In this document: one piece after another, positions 23,194 through 37,865 of the stretch
How positions within the stretch are numbered: position 1 is the stretch's first letter
How the letters are laid out: every line of letters starts with the position of its first letter
Source: the human T2T-CHM13v2.0 reference genome, Homo sapiens
Length of the DNA stretch: 64,000 nt
Direction: 5' to 3' (one strand)
Assembly (NCBI RefSeq): GCF_009914755.1
Contig: NC_060926.1
Notes under the pieces: model-generated
The model's database searches: none
Seen by the model: the letters and a program-made list of their open reading frames with translations, nothing else
What the model was told of the DNA's origin: nothing
Made by a program: the position numbers and the translations under genes

Positions 23194-25004
23194 CATCCAA
23201 AATATTTTAAAATTAAAAATGACATTTATAAATAATTCACTGGTCAGATAAAAAGTTACAAGGGAAATAAGGAAATATTTTGAATGGGATTATATGAAAA
23301 CAAGTCATATCAAAATATGTCATATGGAGCTAAAACATTGCATAGAGGAATATTTATCGCATTAAATGTTTACTTTAGAAACAAATCTCAAATCAATCAT
23401 CTACACTTACACTTAGGAAACTACAAAAAGGAAGAGGAAATTTAATTCAAATCTGTCTAACAGAAGGAAATAATACAAATGAAAATAGAAATCAATGAAA
23501 ATGAAAGTTAATAAATGCAAAAACAAAGAATAATAAAATCAATAAATTCTAGTCAGTTTCATTAAGAGAAATAGAGGAGGCGCAAATTGCCAGTGAAAGA
23601 TAGGCCATCACAACAGATACAACAGATAATAAAACGATCATAATAGAATATTGTGAACAACTTATTGCAATACATTTGAAAACTTAGAGGAATGCTTTTG
23701 TTCTAAGAAACAAGAAAACAAAGGAAAAATGACAAGGAAAGTATGTCCAAACATACCACTTTTATTAAAAATTATATTGAAACTTCTACCTAGCAGAATA
23801 AAGCAAGACAAAAAAAAATTAAAGGCAAACTGATCAGGAATAAAGAAACAAAATTACCTTTATTCAGAAATGGCATGATCATCTAGTTAGAAAAGTCTGA
23901 GGATTTATAAAATTGGTAGCAGTTTAGAGTGTTTACAATGGTCACAGGATATAAGGTCCATAAACAAGAAGTCATTTTATTTCTATATATTATAACCAAT
24001 GGGAGTTTGAACTTAAAAACTGGAACTACTTATAATCACATAAAAATTGTGAAATATTTTGGGGTAAATTTCACAAAATATGCACAACATCTGTGCACTG
24101 AATATTACAAGTCATCGCAGAGAGAAATGAAACAGAAGTCACAAATTGGGAGAAAGTACTGGTAAACATTTATTAAATTATCTACACTCCATATCATATT
24201 TATAATGTATTCAGCATAAATAAGAAATTCTTGCAATTCAATAAAAGGAGAATATAATTACAAAGTAGGCAAACAGGTACTTTCCAAAGAGATGTAAAAA
24301 TGGCCAATTAGAAGCAAAAATGTGTTCAACATTATTAGCAATTAGGGAAATACACATTAAGACCACTTGTACATTCACCAGAATGGCAAAGCAAAATTTC
24401 TTGTTATACCAAGTGTTGGTGAGGATGTGAAGCTACTAGAAGTCTCATACATCAGTGGTGAGAGAGGAAAAGCTGTGAATTCTCTTAGGAAAGCTTTTAT
24501 CAAGCCCAAATCTACTTATCTTATGATCCAGCAATGTTAGTCTGAAGTATTTATCCATTAAAAATAAAAATAACTGAGAGCAAAGGACCTATACGTGTAT
24601 GTTTTTAAAAGTTTTGTTCATAAAAGTTAAAAACTGCACACAATTCAAATGTATATCATCTGATGAATGGATAAACGAATTGTGGTATATTCATAAAATT
24701 GGGTACTATTTAACAATAAAGAAAATAAACTATTGATATATATATATATATATATAAAGAAATAAATGAATTTCAAAACTTTCAAGCAAAGTGAAGCCAG
24801 AAATAAAAAAATACATAAGCTACAGTTTTATAATATGCCATCCTGGGAAAGGCCAAACTCTAAGGGCAATAAGCAATCCAGTGCTTGTCATGGTCTAGGT
24901 GAGGGGGAAGGACTCAACGATGAAAAGGGGCATTTTTGTTGAATGGATCAAAATGTTCTATACCTTGATCATGGTGGTGGTTGTGTGAGTATATGCATTT
25001 ATGA

Positions 25005-25469
<465 letters not shown>

Positions 25470-26424
25470 TAAGTAAAATATGCTTGACATACATATTAGA
25501 AATAAGGATCCACTCTTAAAATGACATCTGTCCATTCATTCATTTATATTTATTGAATGTATAGCTATGTGAAAAATTCTATTTTAGATTTACTTTAACT
25601 ACTCTTTTTTATACTAAAGTTATGTTTTCCTTTTAAATAGATGCTTATTTAGCATTATGCTAATACACATTTCTTATATTTTATATTCCTTCTCAAACTA
25701 TACTCTTCATCAATTTCTATTGTAAAATTTGGATTTAATATATATGCGTAAAGTTTATTCTACCCCTCCATTGTTAGGACATTAAGTCAGAAACTGGGCA
25801 CATAGAGTAAACTTTACTTGCTTATCTGTTAAAATTTTGCATACATAGCTTGAGATCACTGACACTGCTTATGTTACTGAGACCCGTAGAACACATCGGG
25901 TACGTAGGACGCTCAAAACACACATTAACTGTCTTCTAGAAACTCTCACTGACCTCTTCAACAAGCTTTTTTAACTGAACTGTATTTATGCAACAGGAAA
26001 CGTGAGCATTTTAAACAAAGGGACAGCCTGATAAGTTAGCGCATTGACTCAATGATGCTGTTGATGATGCTAGTCATATTCGTCATCTGCATCCTCTCTA
26101 ATAATAACTGCAGAAGAATTATTTTATGTCTTCATGAAAAAAGTAGTCATGTTTTCTCACGAGTGATTTGTCTTCTGTCTCAGCTTCCAAGAAGGTTAGC
26201 AGCACATTTGCAAGTGCTCAGCATTTCAGAAGACTTATTTTTTATAATACTTCATCTCTGCATTATCCCATTTTTTTTCTTCTAATCTTTGCCTTTGGCA
26301 GTTTTCTTACTTTCCTATATTTATATTTTTGCAGTTTCCTTACTTATTTATATTTATCTTGTGTTACATCAGTTTGGAAAATGGGTAGGAGGTACATAGA
26401 TGATTAATGAGAGAAAAAAGGTGA

Positions 26425-26518
26425 AGGAGAGAAGAAAGAAAAAAGAAAGAGAGAAAGGGAGGGAGGGAGGAAGGAAAGAAGGAAGGAAGAAAGGAAGGAA
26501 GGAAGGAAGGAAGAGAGA
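26425..26518. repeat. Polypurine (GAAA/GGGA/GGAA)n simple repeat
   Basis: About 90 nt of purines only on + strand. Confidence 0.95.
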
Positions 26519-28149
26519 CATTTCTAAGACATTAAGCCCCTGCGGGTCCGGCTGAGGAGGAACACCTCTCCTGCTACCTGGGTTGAAGGCTGGGGTAGCT
26601 AAAATGCACACATTTCAGTGGCAGCAACCACCAGTCCACACGATGAGTTGGTTTCCAAGTCCTTGTAGTGAGAAGATGTCACTACAACTTTATGCAAGGG
26701 GTTTAGATATAACTTAGTTCTTTTACAATCTGTACTAATACTATTTTTAGTGAAGAAACTCTTTGATCAGGAATATTTATTTATAGGGCTTTTTAGTTTA
26801 CAAAGAAAGGGCTGTGGAGAAGTGTCTGGAGGAAGCCTATGAAGACAAATGGTGCTCTGTGTGAAGAAAAACATATCAGAGATTGTGGTTGTCTTGACAG
26901 TGCTTTCAGGAAATCTTAGTTCAGACAAATAAAAGGATATATTTTATTTAAAGAGGAAGGAGCAAAGAGAAGTGAATGGAGTGCTAGAGAAGAAATGATC
27001 AGAGGAGGCATCTTAAGACCTCAGAAAGTAAAATGCCTCCAAGCCCACAGGGGTGAAGACTGCCCCAGCTCATGTGATTCACAGGACTAAGGGCAGGGGC
27101 GGGGGACACACTCCATACCCAGGGTGGGTGAGGCGGGTGGAGGTGTGGTGTTTCAGCAGCCACCACTTAAAGTCTGTATCTGTAGTTAGTATTTGGGCTT
27201 TTGAGACAGATGTGTAGGAAGCTTTTTGATCTGGCAACCAGTAAGTTTCCTGAGGAGGCTAAATTCACTATCATCCCATGCCCAGAGCTGCCTGGCCCGC
27301 CTACTCTGTGCAAAGGTAATGCCACCCTTTGGGCATGTAGGTTTTCCATACATTACACCACAGGAAGTTTCCTCATCACGTCAGACCACTTCCTCATATC
27401 GGTGACCTTCAAGTCATCACTTCTGCCATCTGGAAATGGGCTTCAGTGTCTGATTTGAATTTCTATGACTAATATTTTATAATGGCGTTCAGGAAATTAA
27501 AAATAAAAGTATGAAGTCTGAATAAAAAGTAATAAAGTTTAACTTATACCAAGAGCCTTCTAGACATGTAAATATCTGGAATGCAGGTTATGTAATTTAC
27601 AAATGATGAAAAAGTTAGCTGTGTGAATGGTCCAAAGTTCTACAATTATCTGAGGCAAATTTTCTTCTTTTTAAGAGGTAAAATCAACAAAGACAGCCTA
27701 CCAACTACCACGAAACTCCACATTTTCTTTATTAGCCAAGAGATTCAACGATTTTCATTTTTGCCATTGCTTCCAGGAACTCTCAGACAACCTAGCAACC
27801 CCGACATTCAGATGTTGAGTTTCACAGCCTTTCGTCATTTCTGAGAGATGAGCCATCATCTGTTCTTTGAGCCTGCATGTTTCTGTCCTTGCTTGACATA
27901 CTCTAGTTCAAGTTGTCTTCTGCCACTTAGACTTAAAAGATGCTGGCACCTAAAGATATGTTTTTGGAGACATATTCATGCTTAAATGTATTATACATTA
28001 GGGAAAACAACTTTGGTATGACTTCTCTCTACATTTTGTTTTTCTTCATAATGCACATCATAAAATATCTTTGCAGCCAAAGTGTTAGAGAATCTCAATG
28101 CTTCACACACATAGGGTTCGTTTTGCAAGGCAAGGCAGGTCTCCATGAC

Positions 28150-28495
28150 CTACAGCTCTGTTAAAGTGGGGATTTCTATAGATCAGGTCTACATGCCTGC
28201 TTCCATGGGGCTTTGTGGCTGTGCTGCCTGGCCTGGCTCTCTGAGCAGTGATGCTGCCGAGGATGGCAGGACAGGCCTTGGGAAGGTGCTCCAGAGGACA
28301 GGGCAGCCTATGCAAGGCTTGAGGAGGGTGTGCACCTGGGTGAGGTTCCAGAGAGCAAGGGGCCAGAGGGGAAGAGAGGTGGTAAAGTGTGGAGTGGATG
28401 TAACACAGTCAGTGGGGATGGACCAGGATGAGCCTCACAGGCCATAGTCAGGACCTGGGCCTCTACCCTGGAAGAGACAGCAGAGGCTGGCCCAA
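28150..28495 (-). mobile_element. L2 fragment
   Basis: tccagaggacagggcagcctatgcaaggcttgagg...aggccatagtcaggacctgggcctctaccctg resembles antisense L2. Confidence 0.55.
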
Positions 28496-28535
28496 GAATT
28501 CAGGGGTGGGGGAAGGTGGGGGAGGCCTTGAGTTC

Positions 28536-29012
28536 ATTAATGTGTGCATTACCTCATATGTTTATTGTTTTTTGTAATTCTTTTTAATCACAAAAAACAT
28601 CATGTTTTAGTATCTACTGTCAGCAATCTTCAAGAATATAATGCACCATTATTAACTCTGGTCGCCATGCTGCTCATTAGACCTGTTGAACTTATTCCTT
28701 CTGTCTAACTGAAATGTGTACCCTTTGTCCAACATCGCACCCGAGCCCCCAGCCCCTGGCAAAACAGTATTTTACTTTCTAGTTCTGTGAATTCAACTGC
28801 TTTAGGTCCCACGTGTAAGTGTGATAATCACGTGGTTTTTGTCTTTCCCTCCCTGCCTCTTCCACTTAGCAGAACGTCCCTGTTCATCCATGTGGTCACA
28901 AATGACCGAACTTTTTGTTAAGGCTGAATACTACTCCATTGTGTAAACATACGTCACACCTCACGTGATAAATACATACAATTTTTGTTTGTCAATTAAA
29001 ATGAATAAAAAG
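28536..29012. mobile_element. L1MA (MA8/9-like) 3' end: inverted part 28536-~28945 (-), terminal part ~28945-29012 (+)
   Basis: Antisense cttattccttctgtctaactgaaa and aaggctgaatactactccattgtgta, then sense terminus taaatacatacaatttttgtttgtcaattaaaa. Confidence 0.75.
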
Positions 29013-30777
29013 GTTAAAATAAAATTATTTATATAATGGAACTGCATTACAAAGTGTCCAAATTTTGTATTTATCATCATCAATTCATGTCTATATTTGT
29101 CTTCTTAATTCATAGGAGGTATCTTCATAACATGAGTGATTTTTATTTGGACAAGTTCTTCACACAAATTAATTTTAGAACTAAAAGGGGAAAATATATG
29201 TTGAACTCAAATGAGCAAACAGTTCCCAGTTTTTTTGCAAATTACTCAGCAGTTGGACTTAATATAACACATAGCCCTACCCCTGTAGGCAAGTGGATGA
29301 TTTAAGATCAAGATATTTCATGTACTTCATATTCTTATGATGATTTTTGTAAATGAGATTTATTTAAAAACTTGTCATGATTGTATGTTTTTTGATTTAG
29401 TAAACATGCCTGATAGCTAATCAACAATAGGCTTCACATTCTGTTATCTGTTGTATTAAAACATACTTCATGAATTACTTGTGAAGTAATAGAATCTTAC
29501 CTATAATGTAATCTATAGTGCATTCTACATTGTTTTATATTCTTATAATTACTATTTTTAATATCTCAACTAAAAAAAGTATTCATCCCTTCCGCCCCTA
29601 CCTATGGTTATTTTTTAAAAATCATTTTTATTTTTCTTTCTGTATTTCTTGCTTTACCTCTGAAGTTATTTTTATGTTGGTATTTTCATGTTTCTTATTA
29701 GAAACACTGTTAGTCATCAGGAGACTAAGCAGTGTTTTAAATCTGTACCAACTGTTATGTAATCAAGAAATTTACTTTTTCTATCAACCCTTATACAAAT
29801 TTAGATTCCACAGACTACTAAAATATCATGGTTTTGCACTTTCCATTTATATTTAATATGTGAATTTTATTGCTATTAGGGTGACTATATGTTGCATGAA
29901 ATCTGAATTTCAGTCATTTACTGTTTTAATAAAAATATAATTGCAAATGAAATTGCAGATCACTACTTTTTACTGCATTTTTCCAACAATAATTCTGCTT
30001 ACACAAAGCTCAAATAGCCACTTAATGAGGTCAATTCAGAGGGAAACATTTTTGCCTCTTAGCGCCTGAGCTAAGAGCTTAAGCAAAGGCTTGGGGTGGA
30101 GGTGGCTTGGAGAGACTGAGCAGGGCAGCTTCTCCTGAGTGCAGCTGGTGACACCCCAGAACACATGCTCAGTGGCCGGAGTACTCAGTATAATTGTCTA
30201 TGTACTGGCTTTGTTAAAAGATTCCAAATGTTTGAACATACTTTCGATTAACTTGGTCATCCTATAATATCCGTGATCTCTGAGTACTTAAGGAATTTCT
30301 TGCTGTATCAGTGTTTGTGTGAACACATGGTTTTACCACTGAATTAGGTTCGAAGCATTAACTGCAAAGCCTGAGTTGCTTCCTGAGGTTTGCAACCAAG
30401 AACCCCAACTGCTATGCATACGAGATTTAACTCACTCCCAAGAGCAAGCGAGACTGCAGTGTTCACCGGTCTGACACACCCTGAGCCCACTACACTGGAG
30501 AGGGGCGCATGAATAAGGCAGTCAAGAGCAGTCGGCACAGCAAATATTCATGGTCATGTTAACGCCTTGCTCTGGGAGCTTATGGTTAAATGAGGGAGGG
30601 ATGGCTGAAATAGTTAACTTGGCTCACTGTGGTGAATGAGAGACATACACAAATCACTAAGGAAGCCCCAGAAGACAAGAGTAGGTAGAATTAGGGAATT
30701 AGGGAAGGTTTCCTAGAGAATACAGTAGGTAACTTGAAACAAGAATTAGCAATATTCTGGAAGATAGGAAGCAGTTA

Positions 30778-30785
30778 CTCTCTCT

Positions 30786-30834
<49 letters not shown>
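30778..30834. repeat. Compound microsatellite (TC)n(TG)23
   Basis: Uninterrupted TG run 30789-30834. Confidence 0.98.
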
Positions 30835-30836
<2 letters not shown>

Positions 30837-31944
30837 AGATGGGATGAATTGCTGGGGAGAATGAGAACTGAATTCTATGTGAAGGGAGTATCCTCTGGAT
30901 AGTATACATGATACTGAGCATAAAGCCATTAAACTATAATACAGGCTCTTATCATTAGCACATTTAAAGGTGTTCACAGGAAATATCACAGTGCTATGCA
31001 ATAGGGAGTCGACTTTTATAGTTGAGATTCTCTGCTGGAACACCACTTCCCTCCAGCGTGACTTTAACTCCCACCCCATCCAGTCACTGAAACCGCTGAG
31101 GGCGTATAGCCTCCAGTGATCCCATAGAGAAAATAGAAACACAAATAGAAGCTGTGCTTAGATTAGAGACAGAAGGCTACTATGGTTTTATCAGCCATTA
31201 TAGAAAGTGTACATTAATGACTAAGTATTTATATGTCGTAAGCTAAGTATGTGTTTAAACTAAGAAATGATTGCTCTTTGGTTAATAATATATACTCTGA
31301 AGAAAAACACAGACATTCTGGGGACACCAGACCAAGAGTTGTGAGAATATCCTGAGACACCAAGAATAGAATCCACATGAAACCAGTGTGAAATAAATTC
31401 CTTGAATCCTACCAGTTATGGGCTCTCATGATTCTTTAGAAGCCAGGCGAAGAGATGGGTGTCAAAACACACTGCTTACCATTTACGACTGGTGGATATA
31501 ACTGTAAGAAACCTTTTGTCCTTCAATCCTTGCTGCTTGTGACAATGGCTGGGCATGGGATTATTCATAAGAATTAAATCCAAAATACAGAGAAATTTGC
31601 AATTATAAAGCATGTACCAGTAATTGGTATGTCTAAGATGAAGGTCTGGAGTAGGAAAAGTGATATTGAACACTGTACTTTAATGGCTATTGGATATTTA
31701 AGAAATGGCATGGTTGTCGTGCAGATATGAACTCTATAATAAAATAAAAGTTATTTGCTTGTTTCAGGCTTGCATCAGAAAAGAGAGAAGGAGAAAAGAA
31801 TGCCCAAAATGTCAGGCACACATTCTTAAGGATAGAATATGGCTATGGAGAAATTCTTAGAGCTAAGGAATAATACTTTCATTCAATAAGAATGATGCTT
31901 TGAAGAAGGAAAAGAAGATAATAATTATGTCATTGCTAACAATA

Positions 31945-32330
31945 ATAACAATAACAAATAATACTTGAATAGCCCATATGTGCCAAGGCTTTTGAGACTG
32001 TGCATGTAATCCAACAATAGCACTATGAGCTATTTGGAGAAGATCTTCTTGATTATGAGGGACAGAAACCAAGTTGTAATTGGTTTAAAGAAAAACTACT
32101 AGCAATAATGCATGATGATAACATGGACTTATAAAGCTCACAGTATATTCCAGGCACCGTTCTAAGTTCTTGCATGGATTAGCTTCCCAACCCTGTGAAG
32201 TAGGTACAGATGAGGAGGCAAAGAGAGTGTGCATGATTTGTTCATGATCACACAGCTGGGAAGAGTCAACCTGTGTTTGGAACTGAAGCCATCTGGCTCC
32301 AATGCCATATTTTTACCCATCTGATAAGAA
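31945..32330 (-). mobile_element. MIR fragments
   Basis: aataatacttgaatagcccatatgtgccaagg; caaccctgtgaagtaggtacagatgaggagg...gatcacacagctgggaag. Confidence 0.65.
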
Positions 32331-32339
32331 ACTGTGACT

Positions 32340-32816
32340 CATATCATTAAAACACTAAGGTAGACCATGCTTCTGGCAGCACTGCGTGTCCTTGCTGAAG
32401 GAATGTCACCAGGGCTCTGTCTCTGTTTCTCAGTTCTGCTTTCATTTACTTCGAAAACTCTTCAGTGTCCTGCACACATGCTCCCCCATGGTAGCAGCCT
32501 TGAATTTCATATGCCTTAGTAACACTGATAGAGAGAGTATGCCTCTTTCCTAATAAGCTCCAGCAAAAGTTCTGGGTTATTTCTCACAATTCAATGTCTT
32601 GAGCCTATATCTGTTTTGTTAGAAATCACTGTGACTGTCAATTATTGGGACTAAAACCATACCAGTTTCTGGAGCATAAGATATAAAGTCAGCCCCAACT
32701 GAATCCGTGGACTGGATGTAGGAAAGGGTGGTTCCTCAAAGAAGAAACGAGGTGCTGCCAATAGAAAAAATATTACTAGATTCAGGGCAAGTCAAAAATA
32801 GTAGATAGCCATTACC
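32340..32816 (-). mobile_element. Old MaLR LTR (MLT1J/K-like)
   Basis: tcagccccaactgaatcc...ggttcctcaaagaagaaacgaggtgctgcca resembles antisense MLT1J/K. Confidence 0.55.
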
Positions 32817-34307
32817 CCAAAAGTTATACAGCAAATGAAGTTCAGTAGAGGCAATTTGGCTTCAAGGCCAACCCTCTTAAGCGAATAAATTAGTCTTTTT
32901 TGGTTTATTCTGCAATTCATGCCTATTCTTTGAAAACCTCCATCATCAAAGGTCTATTATAACCTCACTGTTTTGCTAGTGTGATCTGGGGAATGGATGG
33001 AGTTAAACAGTGGTGAGAAAGTTAAAACCTATAATTGTTAGAAGCTACGCCACTAAGGAGAAACAATTCAGGCAAACACAAGCCTACCCTCTTCACCCCT
33101 CTTCTGCCAAGCAAGCGTCAAAATAATGGGCGAAGGCTCTGGGTGACATACAAAACAAAACAAAACCTCAAGCTGTTTTATTTGGAGAAGATAGGAAGAG
33201 TAACCCCAGAACACCATAGGAGGTGCGATCACTTGCATGGGAAACCTTGTCATTCTCCATTCAGAGGGAAGATTTTTCTCATTTTAAGTAAACCTCCACA
33301 TCATCTTTAAAAGATCCTATATATATTTACAGATAGATATTTAAACTGGCTGAATAACACCAGGCATAGCCCAACCAGCTAAACAATGCACCTTATAAAG
33401 TTCTGTTTTAAAGACACTTATTTCTGTTTAGTGCCTGCAACCACCCTTCATCCAGACACAGCTAGACAAAGAACGTAGGCATTAATACTCCAAAGTGAGC
33501 ATCTTAGACTTGCATGATACCTAGTAAAAATAAAAGCATGTTTTTTTGTTGTTGTAATATATACAGTTTAGTTTGGTCTTTGTTCAAAACAGTTTATTTC
33601 AGTGTACTCAAATATTAGAATCATTAAGTTTTTAAACAACCTTCATAAAAAATTGTTACGGAAACTTGATTATTTTTCTAGCAAAAAAAAAATTAAACCA
33701 CACTTTAAAATTTACATTAATTTGATCTAGACATTTTTATTCTCATAGAAACTTAAGTTTTAATGATTTTCATAAGAAAAAAGAATTAATAAATATATTT
33801 TATGATGGTTAAAATAACCCAAATTTCTAAGACAAGTAATTTGACACCCACAGAATATCAACTAAGTGAAACCAACCAATTAACAAGCTGGCCAAACTTT
33901 TAAGCATTTAGACTCTGCCTGGCCTTTAGAAATATAATCAGAGAAACAAATGACATATTTATTTAAAAAAGGAGGAAAAATTCTGAAATGCAATATTATA
34001 TCGGTACGTGTGCAGACATGCTGATAAAATTCCTTAGCCTTTATTGGGCCCTGGCTATGTGCTCAGTACCATGGTAAACATTTTACGTATTTTATTGCTT
34101 TAAATATCTCCATTTTACAAAGAGAAGCGCTATGGCTTGGTGAAGTCATGCAGATAAGGAAAGATCCGAGACCCTCACTCAGGCCCTGTGTTTACAGGAG
34201 GATTTTTATTCATATAGTGACCGCATCTGCCTCTGGCAAGAATTTGTGAAGTATTCAGTCAATTTTTACATGTAAACAATTATAGCAATCCTATAGAATT
34301 CAGGTGC

Positions 34308-34775
34308 TGTTGTAAGTTGAATTGTGTCCCAACCAAATTCTTATGTTGAAGTCTTAACCTCTGGCGCCCCAGAATGTGACTTTATTTGGAAATAGGGCCA
34401 TTACAGATGCAATTGTTAGTTAAAATGAATCATTCTGGATTAGGGTGATTCTTAATCCAATATGACTGGTGTCCTTATAGAAAGCAGAAATTGACACACA
34501 GGCACACATAGGAAGAACACATGCAAAGATGAAGGCAGAGACCAGGCTTCCGCTTCTAACAAGCCAAGGATCACCAAAGATGGCCAGCAAACACCCAGAG
34601 GCTGGAGGAGAGCCTGGAACAGATTCTTCCTCTCCGCTCCGGGAAGAAACCAGCCCTGCAGACACCTCGCTCTCAGATTTCCATCTCCCAGCCAGAGCTG
34701 TGAGAGAATTAATTTCCATGGCTTTAAGCCACATGGTTTGTGATGCTTTGTTATGGAAACCTTCAGAAACCGATA
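34308..34775 (+). mobile_element. MLT1C-like solo LTR
   Basis: tgttgtaagttgaattgtgtccc start; cagaatgtgactttatttggaaatagggcc; aatccaatatgactggtgtcctta; 5-bp TSD ggtgc/gatgc. Confidence 0.9.
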
Positions 34776-37499
34776 GATGCTCTCATCCTCCCTCTACCCA
34801 AAGAAATTAATAATCAGAGACTATCTAAAACAGAAAGGCTTTGGCTAAAAGTTGACAAGAGCCTTTAAAATTCAGGCTTTTCTGAATCCAAAACCCACAC
34901 TCAGTAGGAGAGCACTGCACAAAAGAGAAAGGGTTAACGTCCTTGCCCTGGAGCTACTAACAGGATGCTGCACACGTGAGAATAAACTCTGACAGTAAAT
35001 ATTATGTTGTCTAATGTCCACTCTTGATGATAGCATTCTTTTTTGATTCAGAATGCTACAAGATTAGGGTTCCCTTTTCAAAAAAAGTGTTGATTATTTA
35101 CATATTCAAAATCCTTCAAAGAGATCCATGTGCTTTGTAAAAAATCTGTACCATTGACATGTACTTTTTGCTAATTGAAATGCACTTTAATTTTGAAAAT
35201 TATGTCCCATTTCATTAAAGAGTTGAAGACAATCTGTATAATTAGCTAGAGTTAAGAGTCATTCAGTTAACAATTTATGATTGTTAAATGTTAAACATAT
35301 TGTTGATGAACAGTCATTTATTTAACCTAGATAAAAGTCTTTCCACCTCTCCTCATTATAAAGTTTACAAAATAAACAATTCTGTGAGAACTATCGAAAT
35401 CTAGTAACATTTGATTTAGGGAATCAGCAATTCCTGTGTAGGTTTTCTTTATCCCTTTAGAGAATTATCTTATTTTTCCTTTCCTCTAACTCCACTAATG
35501 AAAATCAAGCAGATTAATGATAAAGGACATTAATATTGCAATTAAGTTAAATTCTAAAAAATCCTAATAAAAATGATTTGAAAAACTGTAGGCTACAATC
35601 TAAGCTGGTTCTCTTTTTATGCCTATAAAGTCCATTTGTTCCAAAATATTTGGTGAAATTTATATTTCAGAGCAAAAATTAATTGCAGTGTAATGAGTAG
35701 GAATGGAGAAAGAAACCCTGAGAGTAAGTTAGGATGACTATATTAATTACTTTTTTATTTGAAGTCAATATAAAAATTGGAATTTGAGGAGTAATGTTGA
35801 TCAGCCTCCTTCTATGAACATTGAAATGCACTTATACAAAAAATGTTCACCTCGTCACTAGAGCTCCAGTGGATATGATTTAATATTGTTGAAATCAGAA
35901 GTTTCATCTCCTAGAATAAGCAAAGATGTTTTCTAAAAATCATTATAAGCTGTGGAACAAAAGTGAAGAAGATTAAACTAATACACATATAAATGAAATT
36001 TGGGTAGTAATATTAATGGGTGCTGTTTAGAGAGATGGTTATGTGAACTTATAATGCTATTGGGCTATTTTTACAAATGTGACATCATAAGAAATTCTGT
36101 TTCAATATTTGAAATATATCCTAAAAGATAGTTTATGTATCCTGGGGATGAGAAATATGATCAGTTTTGAAAACTCATTAAGACAGACTCTACCCAAATA
36201 TAGCAAAAAGCCAATCTCTTTAAAATACTAACACAGGGCAGGTCGGAGAGACAGAAAGGAAAGGCGATGGAAAGACTCAAGTAGCACTGTAAGCAGAAAA
36301 TCTTGCCACCATTTGAGAAAACAGTTTAAACTCAGGATGTTGGTGTGTGTTGGTGGGCGGGGGACAATGGTATTAGACTTTAATATATCATCTGAGAAGC
36401 AATTAAGGTGAAAATTTTGTTTCCAGTAATAGATTGTCTCAATGAATGGTAAAATTCATTTTTCAGTTTTAGGTTAGACTATCAGAATGTCTCAAGCAAT
36501 AAAAACAATTTTAAAAGAAGGTTAACAGTCTTTACATCTCAGGTAGATAATTTATTGTTGTGCGTAATACCAGATTTTACCAAGGAAATCTTATATCTTT
36601 CTGAAAACTGTTATAGAGATGCTATCGAAAAAGAAATACTTTGTAGTTTTAGAAAGGTGTTAGCATAGTATCAGATTAGATGTTTTTTAAGTCAAATAAT
36701 TTAAGAAGCTTTGTGTGTTTATATTAATCCCCAGAAACTGAAAAGAATTTTAATTATTAATTATTTTCATGTTTCAATTTTTTAGTAGAAGGGCCACACA
36801 TCCAAATTATTATGACAAACCAGATGAGAAATAATAAAATTGAAAATGAGCAGACTTTTATTATAAATTTCCTTAAAAATAATAAAGTTCATCCATTTTT
36901 AAACAAGTTATTCTCTGGAATGGGCAAAACTCCTAGTAGACTATGGAAGCTGAAAGTGGCTTTGAAAGATTACACTTGATTTTCAAAATTGTGCTAACTT
37001 GTCACATTACCTGAATGGCTATTTGTGCCAACAAGTTAACTTCTTGTTATTAAATTAATCCTAATGGATTTTGTGAATAATTTTAATTTTCATTGTCGTG
37101 GGAGGAAAAATGATTCACACCCCCCAAACCATGACAGACAAACATTTCCAGACAGATACCCTTTATTATTCAGCCAAAACATTATTTTCTTATGAACTGG
37201 ATCACCTTTTCTTAAGAGAAAGCAACAAAATGGGAAACAGCATTAAGGAAAGGAAAGAGTGGATTAACCAGATTCTGAGGCAAAGCCCTTGTGTATTAAG
37301 ACTTTAAGTAACAGAGTTTGTTTTAGCATGTTCTTTTCACTTACTACGTGAAATCATTTGCGTTTGAATAATCGGTAATCTCTCAAACCAATTGAAAGTA
37401 CATTTTTAAAAGTAGATATTCTTGACAAGAAGCTCATTAAATACAATTGTTACTAAAAGCTCCTAATATTTAATTGAACACTTCACCTGCCACGTTGTG

Positions 37500-37850
37500 T
37501 GTGTGGCTTGAGAGGCTGAATGCGTACATTACAGTGTGTTTGGCACAGAATACAGAGGGTGTGGCCCGTCTGATAAGGAACCAACCATCTAAAGAGAAGC
37601 CAGGAACTATTGTCCAAGACAATGAAATAATGACTTCAAAGTCAATTCCGAGATCATCACGGCCGCCCCTCCACTCAGTGGGCTAGAGTGTAAAATCACC
37701 CAGTGCGATGGAGCCATTGCACAGACGCATTAGACCCATGCCAGGCCATGTCTGACCATAGAACTCAGATCCACAGCCTCTGCAGCCAGCACTCCAGGAA
37801 GCCACACCGCAACCTTGGCAGCCACCAGCCCAGAATGGCTGGACTCGGTC
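37500..37850 (+). mobile_element. Orphan MaLR (MLT1A-type) internal fragment
   Basis: Homologous, in opposite orientation, to the internal sequence at about 40465-40695; ORF track shows QPSKEKPGTIVQDN vs QPSKKKPGTIVQDN. Confidence 0.75.
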
Positions 37851-37865
37851 AAGGACTTTTGCAGG

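Noticed and set aside
30490-30510. Possible CTCF site ctggagaggggcgc
   Set aside because: Only the 3' half matches; several core positions mismatch
30699-31142. 147-aa ORF with a THTH run
   Set aside because: Kept open partly by the (CA)n microsatellite; no recognisable homology
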